From the NCBI GenBank assembly GCA_046290225.1, contig JBKAGE010000036.1:160001-224000 (forward strand): a stretch of 64,000 bases of DNA, read 5' to 3'. Under the pieces are notes generated by a model. The model searched no databases and was not told the DNA's origin. It saw only the letters and a program-made list of their open reading frames with translations. Position numbers and translations under genes: made by a program. Positions within the stretch are counted from its first letter, which is position 1, and every line of letters begins with the position of its first letter. Positions 62,036-64,000 of this stretch are shown one piece after another. The DNA comes from Bradymonadia bacterium. GTDB lineage: Bacteria > Myxococcota_A > Bradymonadia > UBA7976 > UBA1532.

Positions 62036-63055
62036 TCACTGCTCGGCGGCGTCTTCGTCTTCGAGATCGTCGAAGAGGCCATCGTCTGTCTCTGTCTCCC
62101 CTGCTTCGTCCCAGAAGGTGCCGAGGCCACCCACGGGGGTGCGGTGACCCTTGGCGGCGGTCCAGAGGCGATCAGAGGTGTGCTGCACCACCAGAGTGGC
62201 GTTGGCATCGAGAAGCTGCCATTTCGGATCGGGGGCGGTCTTCACGGCCTTCGCGTGGTCGACGATGGCCTTGCGCACCACGTCGGGCTTGCCTGCGCCC
62301 ACGGCGGCGAGGATCTGCACCGCCCGGGCAAGGCGCACGTTCTTGGCCTCGCCCTTCTCCACGGCTTTCTGGAGCGCGGCCCAGGGGTCAGCCCCTTCGG
62401 GGGCAGCTCCGGGCACGCTGGTCCAGACGGCGGCCTTGAGCGCCGAGGGCACGCCCCACCACGCATCATCGTTCAGGCACTCCGCTCTGCGGGCCACCTT
62501 TGGGGGGATGTCGAGGGGCACGCCGGCCTCACCACCCGTGGCCCGATCGTGGGTCACCGCCTGGGCGCCGGCCATGAGCCCGAGCAGGAACAGGCTCTTG
62601 TCGTTGTCCTCTTCGAACTCGGGGCACTTGTCTTCGCCGAAGGCCGCAACAGAGGCGTTCCATGCGCCGAGGTAGCGGATCGCCGCCACGCGGTGGTGGC
62701 GCTGCTCCTCGATGCGGGCGTCCTGGGCCTCGGGCACATTCTTCTGATGGATCGCCCTCAAGTGGCGCAGCTCGGCGGACCAGGCAGCGCCCTCGGCACA
62801 AATGCCTGCAGAGAGCCGGGTGATGATCGCTGCCCGGTGGGGGGTATCGGTGACCCTTTGGAACGACCGGAGGAACTGACCCATCGACACACCGGTCTCA
62901 CAGGCCTGATCGACGTCGGGCTCGCTCATGGCAAAGGGCACCATGTGCTCTGTGGTGTAGCCGATCATGGTGTCTCCAGTGAGAGCCTGGATGCTGCACC
63001 CCATGGAAGGGAGCAGGCAGGCAAGGCCGACGCCAAGGGCTCGGACGATCTTCAT
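62036..63055 (-). CDS. Helical lipoprotein, TatT-like partner of the solute-binding protein
   Basis: Lipobox SMGC; all-alpha; CLNDDAWWGVP, SDRLWT...GHRTP; directly upstream of the binding protein. Confidence 0.55.
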   Translation of the reverse strand: MKIVRALGVGLACLLPSMGCSIQALTGDTMIGYTTEHMVPFAMSEPDVDQACETGVSMGQFLRSFQRVTDTPHRAAIITRLSAGICAEGAAWSAELRHLRAIHQKNVPEAQDARIEEQRHHRVAAIRYLGAWNASVAAFGEDKCPEFEEDNDKSLFLLGLMAGAQAVTHDRATGGEAGVPLDIPPKVARRAECLNDDAWWGVPSALKAAVWTSVPGAAPEGADPWAALQKAVEKGEAKNVRLARAVQILAAVGAGKPDVVRKAIVDHAKAVKTAPDPKWQLLDANATLVVQHTSDRLWTAAKGHRTPVGGLGTFWDEAGETETDDGLFDDLEDEDAAEQ

Positions 63056-63138
63056 CGGGCGCTCCTGATATGTGGGAGAGCCCCCGTGGTTAGTCGTTTT
63101 TTCGGGGATCGTAAAGAGAGTTGGGCAGGGTCGGACCC

Positions 63139-64000
63139 TCAGGGCTGATGGCGGGGCGGGGTAAGGCCGAGGCCCTCGAGGGCGGCCTCGTCCCCTTCGC
63201 GGTTCAGACGCCAGTAGGGCATACGCTTCGATCCAGTGAGGGCAGCGGACTCACCATCACTGCACTGCCAGCGCACGATCCGGTGGGGATACGCCGCCTC
63301 GATGGCCGCTTCGCATGTACGCCCGGACACGGACCAGCGGGCGGTGTGCGTGGTGAACTTCCCCGCTGGCACCTCGACCTCAGTGGTCTCTTCGACAAAC
63401 TCGAGGGTGCCTGCTCTCACCTGGGCGGGTGTATGGAGGAACCGATCCTGGAGTGCTGAGGAGACGAACTGCGCAGCCTGTCGACCTGGGCGCATTTTCA
63501 GTGTGTCGAGCTGCCTCAAGACGATGAACAGTGCATCTTCAGCGATGGCGTTTCGCCCCAGATCCAGAGACCGCTGGCCCGACTCGCCGTCGAAGTAGCT
63601 GTTGATGCTCACCTTGGCGCCCGTCTCGTCGAAGCGGGTGTCCTGAAACATGTGACCGCACCACTCCTGGCTGGAGAACGAGATCTTGAGCGGGCTGAAG
63701 CTGCGCTGAGGATCGACGAAGACGCTGGTCATCACGCTGTAGTCGTAGACCCCTGTTTGGAACTTCCGCACGTGGTTGAGCTTGAGCACAGTGCGATGAT
63801 CGGGGTTCTGCGGATCATATCGATCCACTTTGACGCCTCGACGGGCAGAGAACGGCTCGGTGACATAGACGAGCACAGCCCTGCCGGGGCGGCTCTGACC
63901 ATACCTGGGCTGAGTGAGCGTATAACCGTTCAACTCCGCCTGGCCGTCGCTCCAGTGCTGCCAGAACGGGTTGCTCTGTGCCGTCGCTGCACCGCTGAAT
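63139..64000 (-). CDS. Conserved secreted hypothetical protein; 5' end outside window
   Basis: Frame open to the window edge (FWQHWSDGQAELNGY); VYVTEPF, TGVYDYSVMTSVF, SQEWCGH, RMPYW. Confidence 0.75.
   Translation of the reverse strand, partial: FSGAATAQSNPFWQHWSDGQAELNGYTLTQPRYGQSRPGRAVLVYVTEPFSARRGVKVDRYDPQNPDHRTVLKLNHVRKFQTGVYDYSVMTSVFVDPQRSFSPLKISFSSQEWCGHMFQDTRFDETGAKVSINSYFDGESGQRSLDLGRNAIAEDALFIVLRQLDTLKMRPGRQAAQFVSSALQDRFLHTPAQVRAGTLEFVEETTEVEVPAGKFTTHTARWSVSGRTCEAAIEAAYPHRIVRWQCSDGESAALTGSKRMPYWRLNREGDEAALEGLGLTPPRHQP

Overview
GC-rich bacterial chromosomal segment. Its MYXO-CTERM-like protein, Cys-rich lipoproteins, Ser/Thr kinases and CarF-like domain point to Myxococcota or a relative (inference). 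It holds about 44 CDS, one tRNA-Phe(GAA) and several intergenic repeats. I saw no CRISPR array, rRNA, integrase or transposase. Most genes are housekeeping or envelope functions. Standout 1 is a family of three secreted paralogues (954-4487, 4773-7511, complement 56292-59909). They share a TSP3-repeat linker and a left-handed beta-helix (LbH) of exactly conserved length (63 units), with a conserved stripe at every third hexad and shuffled heads (fibrinogen-like, RCC1 propeller, Gly-rich), suggesting a modular homo- or hetero-trimeric surface fibre. Standout 2 is a CHAT caspase-like protease-dead cyclase-STAND-TPR gene divergent from two lipoproteins, an ECF sigma and a soluble anti-sigma, a candidate protease-released sigma circuit. 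Standout 3 is an AGMO-like/CarF-like ether-lipid enzyme fusion truncated into a LysR remnant. Also noted: an antisense yceI inside the a2m-pbpC unit, a MoaC-GNAT fusion, a perfect 62-bp inverted repeat and a REP-like repeat with covarying stems. All family calls come from motifs read by eye; no database search was run.
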